NCBI GenBank assembly: GCA_040755995.1
Contig: JBFMAF010000023.1
Location: forward strand, 160,001 to 224,000
Length of the DNA stretch: 64,000 nt
Direction: 5' to 3'
Origin: Acidobacteriota bacterium
GTDB lineage: Bacteria; Acidobacteriota; CAIWXX01
Of this stretch, positions 48,953 through 58,843 are shown one piece after another (position 1 is the first letter of the stretch; every line of letters begins with the position of its first letter). A model generated the notes under the pieces. The model searched no databases and was not told where the DNA came from. It was given only the letters and a program-made list of their open reading frames with translations. A program made the position numbers and the translations under genes.

Positions 48953-50116
48953 TCAGCCATGCCAGAGTAGGAACGGCACACGGGGCTCGACCAGGATGCC
49001 CGCGATGGAGACCAGGCTGAAGGCGCCGGCTGTCGAGACGCTCAGGAGATCCCAGGAGCCGGGTTCGTCATCGAGACTCAGGAGCAGCAGCGGGAACACA
49101 GGAGACAGGTACCGGCTGATGTTGATGATGCGCCAGCAGTCCTCCTTCAGAAACAGCGCGAAGACTACGTAATAGAGGATCAGCAGCGGACACACGGCCA
49201 ATCCCTTTCGAAGCTTCAGGAGCTGCGTGATCGTGATGACGGCGACAACTCCGACGAACAGGAGCGGCGCGACGTCATGGTAGACGAACTGCCGCCAGGG
49301 GAGCGCGGGATTCAGGTGGCGGATGACGTCGAGAATCCCCTGGAATGGGGCCGCGAAGACCTCGGCCGCGTCTGTAACCGCGCGAGCGCTGTAGTGGACC
49401 GCGACAAACAGCAGATAGGCCGCCCAGGGCAATGGGGATGCCGCCAGGATCAATGCCGTCTTCCACTCGCGCCTCGCAAGAGAAGCAATGGCCAGCCCGA
49501 GCGGGATCACGAGCGTGTACTCGTTCGAGAGCAGCGAGAGAGAGAAGCATGCAGCTGAGAAGACCGGTCTCTTCCGATAGAAGAGGTAGATGCCGGCGCA
49601 GGCAAGCGAGAGCGAGAGCGGGGTCGTCAAACTGTACTTGACGCCCACGATCTCCGCGATCGAGAGCCCATAGACGATCGCAAACGCCGGCGGGCGGCGC
49701 AACAGCTGGAGGGTCGCTGCAATGGCACAGGTACCGGCGGTGACCGCGATTAGGTTGATGACAAGCATGGTCAATGGCAAAAGGTCGCGCCGGCCCAGTG
49801 CCAGAACGTGGGACAGCAGCGGATACAAGATCCGCTTCAGCCGGTACGGCACCGCGTACTCGGGGCCCGGGAACGGATCGACGGCGACGAAGTAGTTTTC
49901 CTTTCCGTCGAATCCGGTGCTCTGCGTGAGAACCACCAGCCCGTCGGTCATTCGGTCGGCATTCAACGCTGCCGACGCCCGGTTGATTCGAATGAAACCG
50001 CTCACGTGCCAGTCGAACTTCGAGGCGATGACGGTGGCGAGCAGGACGTGGACGCACGCGACCATGACTGTCGTGTGCCGAACCGATACCCCTCCGAGTC
50101 TCTTCAGCTCCGGCAT
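48953..50116 (-). CDS. Multi-pass membrane protein, GT-C-like (cell-surface glycopolymer formation)
   Basis: About 10 TM helices; GFDGKENYFVAVDP and RILYPLL loop after the first TM; flanked by GT2 genes. Confidence 0.65.
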   Translation of the reverse strand: MPELKRLGGVSVRHTTVMVACVHVLLATVIASKFDWHVSGFIRINRASAALNADRMTDGLVVLTQSTGFDGKENYFVAVDPFPGPEYAVPYRLKRILYPLLSHVLALGRRDLLPLTMLVINLIAVTAGTCAIAATLQLLRRPPAFAIVYGLSIAEIVGVKYSLTTPLSLSLACAGIYLFYRKRPVFSAACFSLSLLSNEYTLVIPLGLAIASLARREWKTALILAASPLPWAAYLLFVAVHYSARAVTDAAEVFAAPFQGILDVIRHLNPALPWRQFVYHDVAPLLFVGVVAVITITQLLKLRKGLAVCPLLILYYVVFALFLKEDCWRIINISRYLSPVFPLLLLSLDDEPGSWDLLSVSTAGAFSLVSIAGILVEPRVPFLLWHG

Positions 50117-50117
50117 G

Positions 50118-51620
50118 TCACCTGCGAGATGCCCTCGCGGGCACCAGATGTCGCAGAGATCGCGCGGCGCGCCGGCTGATCTGCGCAAGATGGTGCGGGT
50201 TCAGGCAGAGGCGGGCATATCGCAGCAGTGTGGTCGGGCTGAGCAGCACATGATGGAAGAAGAAATGCCGGTCGCTCTCCCGGCGGATGCGTTCCCAGCC
50301 GGCAAGAAGCTCCAGCGGCGCCAGCGCCTCGCTGCGGACGTACGGTGTGGCTCCAACCCGCACCCGCTCGTCAATCATCAGCGAGTAGATGTCTGCGAAC
50401 TGCAACAGCCCCCTGGCCTCGGCGGTCTTGTAGAACTCCGTCTCCGGGTACGGGAACGCCATCGTGAGGTGCACGTTATCTGCATGCAGATCGTTGATCA
50501 GGTGGAGCGTATGATCGAGAGTCTCTCGGGTCTCCCACGGCATGCCGACGATCACGTCTACATGCGCGGCCATGCCGGCGGCCTGAGTGTCGGCCACCAC
50601 ACGCCGCACGACATCGTCGCCGAAGTTCTTGTGATTGGCCGCCCGGGATTCCGGGTCACCCGCCTCGAGCCCGTACTCGATGTGCCGGCAGCCCGCCCCC
50701 GCCATGCTCTCCAGAAGCTCCGGCGACACGCAGTCCATCCTGGTGAGACATCTCCAGAGCATCCCGAGGCGCCTCTCGATCATCAGCTCGCACAGCCTCG
50801 TTGCGCGCTTCTGGTCCAGCGTGAACGTCTCGTCCCAGAAGAACACGTTTCCGACACCGTGACGATTCTTCACATGCTCCAGCTCCGCCACTACCCGCTC
50901 CGGCGACATCGACCGCCACCGCCGGTCGTAGCCGCGATAGACGCTCGTCCCGATAATGCAGAAAGGACACAGGTACGGGCAATCGCGGGTGGTGCGCATT
51001 CGAATCCCCGGGACGATCCTCTCGTAGCGGGGGGCGGCGAGATACGAGATCGAATAACGGTCCACAGGCAACAGGTCGTAAGCCATGAACGGTATCGAAT
51101 CCAGGTCCGGAGCCGGTTGCGCCGGCGGGGTCGCCGCGATTTCCCGGTCTCGCCGGTAGGCGATCCCGAGAACGCTCCCGGGCTCGCGGAGTCCCCGCGC
51201 TAGCGCCGGCAGCACCACCTCGACCTGCCCTCGCACGATGAAGTCGATCTGCGTGAAATCGTTCAGCATGCGCTCCGGGTACAGCGGCGCCAGCGTCGTC
51301 TCGACCAGAGCCACCTTCGCCTCGCGGCCGAACTTCCGCTTCACGATCTCGCCCACCCGACTGTCGCCGCGGATCAGTCCCGCCGCCGACTTGTAAACGA
51401 AAAGATCCGCTGCCGGGAGCTCGCGTTCCAGTCGCACCCAGTCCCAATCGAGTGCGTTGGCGTCGACGATCTCGACATCCGCCGCCTCGCGCAGCATCGG
51501 CGCCACCGCGGCGAATCGCAGGGGAAACGGCGTGTACGGGACGTTCTGAAAACAGATCTCGTCACGCAGGGTCCTCATGTGAGGATGCGACTTGGGCGGC
51601 ACCACCAGCACAATCTTCAT
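50118..51620 (-). CDS. Cobalamin-binding radical SAM protein
   Basis: N-terminal Rossmann-like domain, TRDCPYLCPFC (CxxxCxxC), FWDETFT, GLEAGD, IVGMPWET and PYPETEFY. Confidence 0.9.
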   Translation of the reverse strand: MKIVLVVPPKSHPHMRTLRDEICFQNVPYTPFPLRFAAVAPMLREAADVEIVDANALDWDWVRLERELPAADLFVYKSAAGLIRGDSRVGEIVKRKFGREAKVALVETTLAPLYPERMLNDFTQIDFIVRGQVEVVLPALARGLREPGSVLGIAYRRDREIAATPPAQPAPDLDSIPFMAYDLLPVDRYSISYLAAPRYERIVPGIRMRTTRDCPYLCPFCIIGTSVYRGYDRRWRSMSPERVVAELEHVKNRHGVGNVFFWDETFTLDQKRATRLCELMIERRLGMLWRCLTRMDCVSPELLESMAGAGCRHIEYGLEAGDPESRAANHKNFGDDVVRRVVADTQAAGMAAHVDVIVGMPWETRETLDHTLHLINDLHADNVHLTMAFPYPETEFYKTAEARGLLQFADIYSLMIDERVRVGATPYVRSEALAPLELLAGWERIRRESDRHFFFHHVLLSPTTLLRYARLCLNPHHLAQISRRAARSLRHLVPARASRR

Positions 51621-51756
51621 GACCCCGCTATCCTCGGGGTTGGTTCAGAGTCGCGCCGCATCCGTGCCCTCCATGCAGAACGTGAAAGCGTAACAGAAAG
51701 GCACCTGCCTGACCAGCCCGCCTTTGCGCCCGAACGCCGCGGGAGGCACGGGCGCG

Positions 51757-51844
51757 AGCCCCGGAGGGGCGAGATATCGGTAGCCCAGGGCGTGAGCCCT
51801 GGGTTGCGACGTGCACAGGACCGGCAAGCCCCGTAGGGGCGGCA
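51757..51844. repeat. REP-like composite palindromic element
   Basis: AGCCCCGGAGGGGCG, CCCAGGGCGTGAGCCCTGGG and AGCCCCGTAGGGGCG hairpins in series. Confidence 0.7.
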
Positions 51845-51891
51845 CAACGGGACGGCCATCGGAGGGAGCCTATGTCGTCGCTTCTCCGCCG

Positions 51892-53031
51892 CTATCCCTT
51901 CCGGCGAAATACGAGCGCCGCCCAGCCGACGAGGTAGCCTGCGCCCGAGAGCAGATGCCACGCGAAGGCATAGACGCATGCCGGCGGCATGAGCGCAACG
52001 CGCTCGCCTTCCTTCAGCGCCCGCAGGGCGTTCCTCACGGAGATGATGGCGGGGAGAGCCAGGCTCGACAGCGGGACGGCAAGCCCGGCGACCAGCAGAG
52101 GAGGATCTCCCGCGAAGAACGCATATGCGCAAAGAAGCGTCAGGAAGAGCAGGTGAAACGCTGCAAGTGGAACGCGCATGCACAGGCGATGAACGACGAA
52201 AGTGCGATTGAAGGCCGAGGCGAACAGGAGGAGCGACAGCAACAGTCGCGCGAGCGCGGGGAGCGCCAGCAGCGGGATCGCCATAAGGCACCACAGGTAG
52301 CAACGCGTTTGCAGGCCGTCGTAGCGATGCCGCTTGTAGAGGAGCGCCGCCGTTCTGCCGTACAACAGAGCCTTCTTGAGCCCGCCGCTCACGGTCTTCT
52401 GCCGCGACGAGAAGATGTACTCGACGCGCGCTTCCGGGTGAAGCAGTATCTTGTACCCGGCCGCGCGCATCTTGATCGAAAGATCTGTATCCTCGCCCGC
52501 CGTGAAGAACGCCGGGTCCCAGGCGCCGAGTTTCTCGATCACGTCGCGCCGATAGGCATCGGCCTTGCCGCGGAAGAAATCGATCTCGGCCGGCGCATCC
52601 GTCCGCGGATTGAGGTGCTGCGGGCAGACCACGTCGAAGAGGCGCGCGCCGAGCGGCAGCGATGCTCTGGGCGGGTACACGCGCCGCGAGACGACCGCAC
52701 CGACCGAGGGATCACCGAACAGCTGCAGCATCTTCAAGGTCCATTCGGGATCGACAAGCAGGCAGTCTGAGTGCAGGCTGAAGACGATGGGGGCGCTGGC
52801 CGCCCGAAACCCCCGCGTGAGCGATGCGCCAAGCCCGACGTTGCGCTCGTTGCGCAGCAGCTTGATGCCGGGGATCCGATCGAGCACCGCGCCCGTCCGG
52901 TCCGTCGAATGGTCGTCTACGACGATGACCTCCTTGTCAGGCAGACTCTGTGCGAGGGCGGCTCGAACGGTCCGCTCGATGTACTCCGCGTCGTTGTACG
53001 CGCAGATCACGATAGATGCGGCCGGCGTCAT
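51892..53031 (-). CDS. GT2 glycosyltransferase with C-terminal TM helices
   Basis: SIVICAYND, VDDHSTD, LHSDC and GEDTDL; hydrophobic C-terminus. Confidence 0.88.
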   Translation of the reverse strand: MTPAASIVICAYNDAEYIERTVRAALAQSLPDKEVIVVDDHSTDRTGAVLDRIPGIKLLRNERNVGLGASLTRGFRAASAPIVFSLHSDCLLVDPEWTLKMLQLFGDPSVGAVVSRRVYPPRASLPLGARLFDVVCPQHLNPRTDAPAEIDFFRGKADAYRRDVIEKLGAWDPAFFTAGEDTDLSIKMRAAGYKILLHPEARVEYIFSSRQKTVSGGLKKALLYGRTAALLYKRHRYDGLQTRCYLWCLMAIPLLALPALARLLLSLLLFASAFNRTFVVHRLCMRVPLAAFHLLFLTLLCAYAFFAGDPPLLVAGLAVPLSSLALPAIISVRNALRALKEGERVALMPPACVYAFAWHLLSGAGYLVGWAALVFRRKG

Positions 53032-53165
53032 CAGGCGGAGGTTATACCATGACGAGCCCACGCAATGGTAGGGACGACCGGCGGCCGCACTGTTGCGGTC
53101 GCCGCGCGCCGGTCGTCGCGGGCATCGCCCCGTCGTGTCGGCAACGGGGCGATGGCCGGGTGTAC

Positions 53166-53189
53166 GGGCGACGCATGCGTCGCCCCTAC
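53166..53189. repeat. REP-like hairpin
   Basis: GGGCGACGCATGCGTCGCCCCTAC: a palindrome with a CTAC (reverse GTAG) foot, like 16154-16176. Confidence 0.7.
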
Positions 53190-53224
53190 CGCCGGGGTAG
53201 GATTAAAGATCTTTCATTTTCTTC

Positions 53225-53253
53225 TTGACGAATCCAGGGTGCCAACCTATTCT
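53225..53253 (+). promoter_or_regulatory. Putative sigma70 promoter of the hydrogenase operon
   Basis: TTGACG-17 nt-TATTCT; AAAGATCTTT palindrome just upstream at 53205-53214. Confidence 0.6.
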
Positions 53254-53311
53254 ACCCGGCAATGGCTGCGAATCCACCAATGCGGCTTTGCACTTTCAAC
53301 AGGAGGTGATT

Positions 53312-54421
53312 GTGGGCAAACCCATCGAATGCCTGACTCACTTTGACCGTGAAGAGGCACGGGGAGTGAGCCGGCGGGATTTCGTCAAGATCTGCACCAT
53401 GGCCGCTGCGTCACTCGGCTTACCGGCATGGGTCGGCGAGAAGATGGCGCAGGCCGCGGCCGCAGGGAAGCTGAGACCCTCGGTCGTCTGGCTGCACTTC
53501 CAGGAATGTACGGGGTGCACTGAGACTCTTCTCAGGACCACCCACCCGGCGTTGGCCGAGCTGATTCTGGATCTCATCTCACTCGACTACCACGAGACCG
53601 TATCGGCCGCCGCCGGAGATCAAATCGAGGAAAATCTGAAAAACACGATCGAAGCCAACGCAGGGAAGTTCATCTGCGTGATCGAGGGTGCCATACCCAC
53701 CAAGGACAACGGGATCTACTGCAAGATCGGAGGACGGACGGCTCTGGAGATCGCCAACGAAGTCGCCGAAAAAGCCGCTGCTATCATTGCTATTGGTTCA
53801 TGCGCGTCATTCGGCGGCCTCGCCGCGGCGGATCCGAATCCGACCGGAGCGGCGGGAGCCCCGCAGGTGCTCAAGGGCAAGCCCGTGGTGACGATTCCCG
53901 GATGTCCTCCGAATCCGTACAACTTCCTCGGAGTGGCCTTGCAGTACGCTACGTTGGGCAGCCTGCCGGCCCTGGACGAATTGGGGCGTCCGGCCTTCGC
54001 CTATGCGCGTACGATCCACGAGGACTGCCCGAGGCGGCCGCACTTCGACGCCGGCCGGTTCGCGGAGAAATTCGGCGACCAGGGGCATCGGGATGGGTAC
54101 TGCCTCTACAGGCTGGGATGCAAGGGCCCGGGCACGCACGCCAACTGCTCGATCCAGAATTTCAACGAGGTGGGCGCATGGCCGGTGGGTGTGGGGCACC
54201 CGTGCGCAGGGTGCACGGAACAGCAGCACGCGTTCCGCACGGCGCTCTTCACCACGATCGAGATCGAGCGGCCGACGCCGCCTGACACCTATCCGCCGAT
54301 CGAGGCCAAGCAGGGCGGCATCGGAACGCTGGCCGTGGGCTTCGCCGGTCTGGTTGGAGGCGCGCTCCTCGGAGCCGGCTACGCCACGTCCAGGAAGCTG
54401 GGAGAGGAGAAGGAGAAGTAG
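53312..54421 (+). CDS. hybO: [NiFe]-hydrogenase small subunit, Tat-exported with C-terminal TM
   Basis: AGGAGG RBS and GTG start; SRRDFVK, ECTGCTE, PGCPPNP, HEDCPRR and CLYRLGCKGP. Confidence 0.92.
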   Translation: MGKPIECLTHFDREEARGVSRRDFVKICTMAAASLGLPAWVGEKMAQAAAAGKLRPSVVWLHFQECTGCTETLLRTTHPALAELILDLISLDYHETVSAAAGDQIEENLKNTIEANAGKFICVIEGAIPTKDNGIYCKIGGRTALEIANEVAEKAAAIIAIGSCASFGGLAAADPNPTGAAGAPQVLKGKPVVTIPGCPPNPYNFLGVALQYATLGSLPALDELGRPAFAYARTIHEDCPRRPHFDAGRFAEKFGDQGHRDGYCLYRLGCKGPGTHANCSIQNFNEVGAWPVGVGHPCAGCTEQQHAFRTALFTTIEIERPTPPDTYPPIEAKQGGIGTLAVGFAGLVGGALLGAGYATSRKLGEEKEK

Positions 54422-54422
54422 C

Positions 54423-55301
54423 ATGCCCATCGATCGACGCTCCGTTCTGAAAGGACTGGTAGCGGCGGGAGGGGTGGCTGTCGCGAGTGGTGCGAGCACG
54501 GTTGCGGCGCGGGAGCGCAAGGCGCCTCCGGATGACGCGGTTGGAATGCTCTATGACGCAACGCGCTGTATCGGCTGCAAGGCTTGTGTCGTGAAGTGCA
54601 AGGAGGCCAACGGATTGCCCCCGGATGCCCCGGACGGCCTGCACGATGCGCCGGTCGACCTCAACGCCTCGACAAAGAACATCATCAAGCTCTACAAGGA
54701 TGCCGACCGGATTTCGTACATGAAGGCGCAGTGCATGCATTGCGTCGATCCGGCGTGCGTATCGGTTTGCATGTTCGGCTCCTTGCAGAAGGGCGAGCTT
54801 GGCATTGTGACCTACAATCCCGACCGGTGCCTGGGCTGCCGCTACTGCCAGGTCGCCTGCCCGTTCAACGTTCCGAAGTTCGAGTGGTCGAAGGCGGTGC
54901 CGCAGATAGTGAAGTGCGAGATGTGCCGTCATCTGATCGCGAAGGGCGGGCAGCCGGCTTGCTGCGAGGTCTGCCCCCGGGAAGCAGTGATCTACGGGAA
55001 GCTCGCCGATCTGAAGGCAGACGCCAGGGATCGGCTGGCGAAGAACCCGGATCGATATGTGCAGAAAGTGTACGGCGATACCGACGGCGGAGGCACGCAG
55101 GTGATCTGTCTCTCGGCCGTCCCGTTCGAACTCCTCGGGCTTCCGGATCTCGGCGACGAGCCTGTGCCGAAGCTGTCCGAGACCATCCAGCACGGCGTCT
55201 ACTACGGCTTCATCCCGCCGGTGGTTCTCTATGGGGCACTGGGATTGGTGATGCTCCGCAACCGGAAGCGTGGAGGGACGGGTGAGGAGGTGAAGAAATG
55301 A
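54423..55301 (+). CDS. hybA: Hydrogenase-2 type polyferredoxin subunit
   Basis: Tat motif DRRSVLK; four Fe-S cysteine groups; SETIQHGVY before the C-terminal TM. Confidence 0.92.
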   Translation: MPIDRRSVLKGLVAAGGVAVASGASTVAARERKAPPDDAVGMLYDATRCIGCKACVVKCKEANGLPPDAPDGLHDAPVDLNASTKNIIKLYKDADRISYMKAQCMHCVDPACVSVCMFGSLQKGELGIVTYNPDRCLGCRYCQVACPFNVPKFEWSKAVPQIVKCEMCRHLIAKGGQPACCEVCPREAVIYGKLADLKADARDRLAKNPDRYVQKVYGDTDGGGTQVICLSAVPFELLGLPDLGDEPVPKLSETIQHGVYYGFIPPVVLYGALGLVMLRNRKRGGTGEEVKK

Positions 55302-56485
55302 GCGAGCACGCACATCCTGCGCCCGTCGGCGGCGACATCCTCACGAAGCCGTTCAAGATCATTCTGGCGATCTTCGGTCTCGGCGCCGTGCTGATTCTCT
55401 GGCGCTACGCTACCGGGCTGGGCTCGGTCACTGCTCTGAACGACGGCTATCCCTGGGGAATCTGGATCGCGTTCGATGTCGTTGCGGGAACCGCTCTGGC
55501 CTGCGGCGGCTACGCCGTCGCCATTCTCTGTTACATCCTGAACAAGGGCGAGTACCATCCGCTGGTGCGCCCCGCGGTTCTGACGAGCGCACTGGGCTAC
55601 TCAGTCGCTGCCGTCGCCATCGCGGTTGACGTCGGCCGTTACTGGAACCTATATCTGGCCGCATTGCCGTGGAAGTGGAACCTCAACTCGGTTCTCCTCG
55701 AAGTGGCTCTGTGCGTCATGTCCTACATCGTCGTGCTGTGGATAGAGATGTCCCCTGCCTTCATGGAGGTCTGGAAGGACGGCAAGCAGCCGTTTCTGCG
55801 GCGGGCTTCTCAGAGCGCCTATCCGATTGTCAACAAAGCCCTGATCTGGATTCTCGCCCTCGGCATCCTGCTTCCCACGATGCACCAGTCGTCACTGGGC
55901 TCCGTCTTCCTGGTCTCTACGACGAAGCTCCACAAGCTCTGGCATACGCCATTGCTGCCGTTGCTTTTCCTGATCTCGTGCATCGCCCTCGGCTATGCCG
56001 CGGTCGTCTTCGAGGCGACTCTCTCGAGCATCGCGTTCAAGAAGGTGCGGGAGACGAAGATGTTGGCCTCGCTCTCGGGCGTCATGGCGATAGTGCTGGC
56101 CATCTACCTCGGTATTCGTTTTCTCGACCTGATCTTCCGTGGCAGGCTCGGGCTGATGTTCAAGCCGGATCTCTATGCGCTGTTTTTCTGGATCGAAGTG
56201 GTCCTGTTCGCCGCGCCCGCGCTCATGCTGATGTCGAAGGCGTCGCGGGCGAGCGCAGGAAACCAGTTCCGGGCGGCCATCTTGATGATGCTCGCCGGAG
56301 TCCTGTACCGCTTCGATGTTTATCTGATCGGGTACAACCCGGGTGCCGGCTGGTCCTACTTCCCGTCGATACCGGAGATGCTCATCACGTTCGGCGTGGT
56401 CTCGCTCGAGATCATGGCCTACATTTACATCGTGAAGCGATTCCCGGTTCTCGCCGGCGGCACCGCAACAAGTTCGCCACGGTAG
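55298..56485 (+). CDS. hybB: NrfD/PsrC-family membrane subunit
   Basis: LNDGYPWGIWIAFDV, YHPLVRPA and LPTMHQSSLG; about 10 TM. Confidence 0.92.
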   Translation: MSEHAHPAPVGGDILTKPFKIILAIFGLGAVLILWRYATGLGSVTALNDGYPWGIWIAFDVVAGTALACGGYAVAILCYILNKGEYHPLVRPAVLTSALGYSVAAVAIAVDVGRYWNLYLAALPWKWNLNSVLLEVALCVMSYIVVLWIEMSPAFMEVWKDGKQPFLRRASQSAYPIVNKALIWILALGILLPTMHQSSLGSVFLVSTTKLHKLWHTPLLPLLFLISCIALGYAAVVFEATLSSIAFKKVRETKMLASLSGVMAIVLAIYLGIRFLDLIFRGRLGLMFKPDLYALFFWIEVVLFAAPALMLMSKASRASAGNQFRAAILMMLAGVLYRFDVYLIGYNPGAGWSYFPSIPEMLITFGVVSLEIMAYIYIVKRFPVLAGGTATSSPR

Positions 56486-56495
56486 GAAGGAGCTC

Positions 56496-58190
56496 ATGAG
56501 AATCACCGTAGATCCAATCACAAGAATAGAAGGCCACCTGCGCATCGACTGCGAAGTCGACGGCGGGGCTGTCCGGGACGCCTGGTCCTCCGGGCAGATG
56601 TGGCGTGGAATCGAAGTCATGCTCAGGGGGCGCGATCCGCGCGACGCGCAATTCTTCACTCAGCGGTCCTGCGGCGTGTGCACGACGGTTCACGCGCTGG
56701 CCTCCGTGCGCGCCGTCGAGAACGCACTCGACATGGAGATCCCGCTCAACGCGCAGTACATCCGAAACATGATCGTCCTGGCCCACGCACTGCACGATCA
56801 CATCGTCCACTTCTATCACCTGTGCGCGCTCGACTGGGTGGACGTCGTATCCGCATTGCAGGGCGATCCCGCCAAGGCATCGAGTCTCGCCGAGAGCCTC
56901 TCGCCGTGGCCGCGCAACAGCAAGAAGGAGCTCGAGGCGGTCAAGGCGAAGCTGAAGGCATTCGTGGACAGCGGGCAGCTCGGCCCCTTCGCCAACGGCT
57001 ACTGGGGACACCCGGCATACAAGCTTCCGCCCGAAGTCAACCTGCTGGCGGTGGCTCACTACCTGCAGGCGCTCGAGTACCAGCGAATCCCGAACATGGC
57101 CGTCGGCATCCTCGGCGGCAAGACTCCACATATCCAGAACCTTACGGTCGGTGGGGTGTCCAATGCCGTGAACCTGGACAACGCCGCGGCCCTCAATATG
57201 GAGAGACTCTTTTGGGTGAAGGACCTGCTCGAACAGACCGCCGCGTTCGTTCAGCAGGTGTACTTCATCGACATGTGCGCCGTCGGGGCCATGTACGCGG
57301 ACTGGGTCAAGTACGGCGCGGGTGTCAAGAACTACCTCGCAGTCCCCGACCTGCCGCTCGACACCAAGGGAACCAAATTCGACATGCCTGGCGGCGTGAT
57401 CGTCGACGGCAATCTGGAGGGTGTGAAGCCAATCGCCAGCTTCCAGGACACGTTCTTCAAGGACAACGTCAAGGAGTCCATCGCGTGCTCCTGGTACGAC
57501 GGCAACTGGTCGCGCCATCCGTACGAAGAGGAGACCGCACCCAAGTACAGCGACTACGACCCGAGCGGGAAGTACTCGTGGGTCAAGGCTCCTCGCTTCG
57601 ACGGCCGGCCGATGCAGGTGGGACCGCTTTCGCAGGTGCTGGTGGCTTTCGCACAGGGAGACGAGCTCACCACGACATGGGCCGTCAAGGCGCTCGAAAC
57701 CGTGGGCGCCATCGCGGGGGCCAAGCTGACTCCCGCCATCCTCCATTCCACAATCGGAAGGATCGCTGCACGCTCCATCCGGTGCGCCGTCATGTCCGAG
57801 CTGGCGCTGAAACACTGGCAGATGCTCGTCGAGAACATCGGCAAGGGCGATACGGCGACCTTCAACGCGCCGACGTTCCCGAGCGGCGAACAGAAGGGCT
57901 TCGGCTTCCACGAAGCGCCTCGCGGGACCCTCTCTCACTGGATCGTGATCCGCGACGGCAAGATCGCGAACTACCAGCAGGTGGTACCGTCGACATGGAA
58001 CGCTGGACCGCGCGACGAGAAGGGGCAGAAGGGGCCGTACGAGGCGTGCCTCGTCGGCAATCCCATCGCCGATCCCAAGCGCCCGCTCGAAGTGCTGCGC
58101 ACGATCCACTCGTTCGACCCGTGCCTCGCGTGCGCCATACACACGCACGATGCGGAAGGGAACGAGGTGGGGCAGGCAAGGGTGCTGTAG
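56496..58190 (+). CDS. hybC: [NiFe]-hydrogenase large subunit (group 1, Hyb-type)
   Basis: DPITRIEGH, L1 QRSCGVC, L2 SFDPCLACAIH and a cleavable C-terminal tail. Confidence 0.95.
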   Translation: MRITVDPITRIEGHLRIDCEVDGGAVRDAWSSGQMWRGIEVMLRGRDPRDAQFFTQRSCGVCTTVHALASVRAVENALDMEIPLNAQYIRNMIVLAHALHDHIVHFYHLCALDWVDVVSALQGDPAKASSLAESLSPWPRNSKKELEAVKAKLKAFVDSGQLGPFANGYWGHPAYKLPPEVNLLAVAHYLQALEYQRIPNMAVGILGGKTPHIQNLTVGGVSNAVNLDNAAALNMERLFWVKDLLEQTAAFVQQVYFIDMCAVGAMYADWVKYGAGVKNYLAVPDLPLDTKGTKFDMPGGVIVDGNLEGVKPIASFQDTFFKDNVKESIACSWYDGNWSRHPYEEETAPKYSDYDPSGKYSWVKAPRFDGRPMQVGPLSQVLVAFAQGDELTTTWAVKALETVGAIAGAKLTPAILHSTIGRIAARSIRCAVMSELALKHWQMLVENIGKGDTATFNAPTFPSGEQKGFGFHEAPRGTLSHWIVIRDGKIANYQQVVPSTWNAGPRDEKGQKGPYEACLVGNPIADPKRPLEVLRTIHSFDPCLACAIHTHDAEGNEVGQARVL

Positions 58191-58213
58191 AGCCGGTCGA
58201 GGGCAAACAGGGT

Positions 58214-58242
58214 GGGCTCGGGACGTCGGGCGTCCCGAGCCC
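58214..58242 (+). terminator. Strong intercistronic hairpin (terminator or stabiliser) after hybC
   Basis: GGGCTCGGGACG-TCGGG-CGTCCCGAGCCC 12-bp stem; only a weak U-tract. Confidence 0.5.
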
Positions 58243-58289
58243 GGCCCATCTTCTTCACCTGCGAGCGGGGCACTTCTGGGCACCAACCC

Positions 58290-58841
58290 GTGAATCGAAT
58301 CAGGATCATCGGCATCGGAAATGTCTTGATGGGTGACGACGCGCTCGGCCCATACATGGTCCAGATTCTCGAGAGCGCATATGCCTTTCCCGAGGATGTG
58401 ACGTTGATCGATGCCGGAACGCCGGGACTCGACCTGACCGCTTTCTTCATGGGCACACAGGCGGTGATAGTGGTAGACACGGTGCGGGCCAAGGGCGATG
58501 CGGGTGAAGTGCGGCTCTATCGTCGCGAGGAACTGCTCCGGAGTCCGCTCGGGGTTCGGCTGAGCCCGCATGATCCCGGGCTGAACCAGGCGCTGCGCGC
58601 GGCGGAATTCCACGGGGACGCGCCGCGAGACGTCCTGCTCGTGGGCGTGATTCCCGAACGCGTTGACACGGGCGCGGGACTGAGTCAGGCTGTGCGGCGT
58701 GCGCTCCCGCGAGTCGAAGCGGAGATACTGCGCGAGCTGGCGCGATTCGGCGTAGTCCCGACTGTGCGCAAGCCCAGAAAGGAGCCCGACATCTGGTGGG
58801 AGCGAGAACCCGGTGCACCCAGGCAAGAGCCGGCGACCTGA
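58290..58841 (+). CDS. hybD: Hydrogenase maturation protease
   Basis: IGIGNVLMGDDALG, DAGTPG, VVD and SPHDPG. Confidence 0.9.
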   Translation: MNRIRIIGIGNVLMGDDALGPYMVQILESAYAFPEDVTLIDAGTPGLDLTAFFMGTQAVIVVDTVRAKGDAGEVRLYRREELLRSPLGVRLSPHDPGLNQALRAAEFHGDAPRDVLLVGVIPERVDTGAGLSQAVRRALPRVEAEILRELARFGVVPTVRKPRKEPDIWWEREPGAPRQEPAT

Positions 58842-58843
58842 GC

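Noticed and set aside
56496..58190. [NiFeSe] hydrogenase, suggested by nearby selB
   Set aside because: The L2 motif is DPCLAC with Cys codons; no in-frame TGA.
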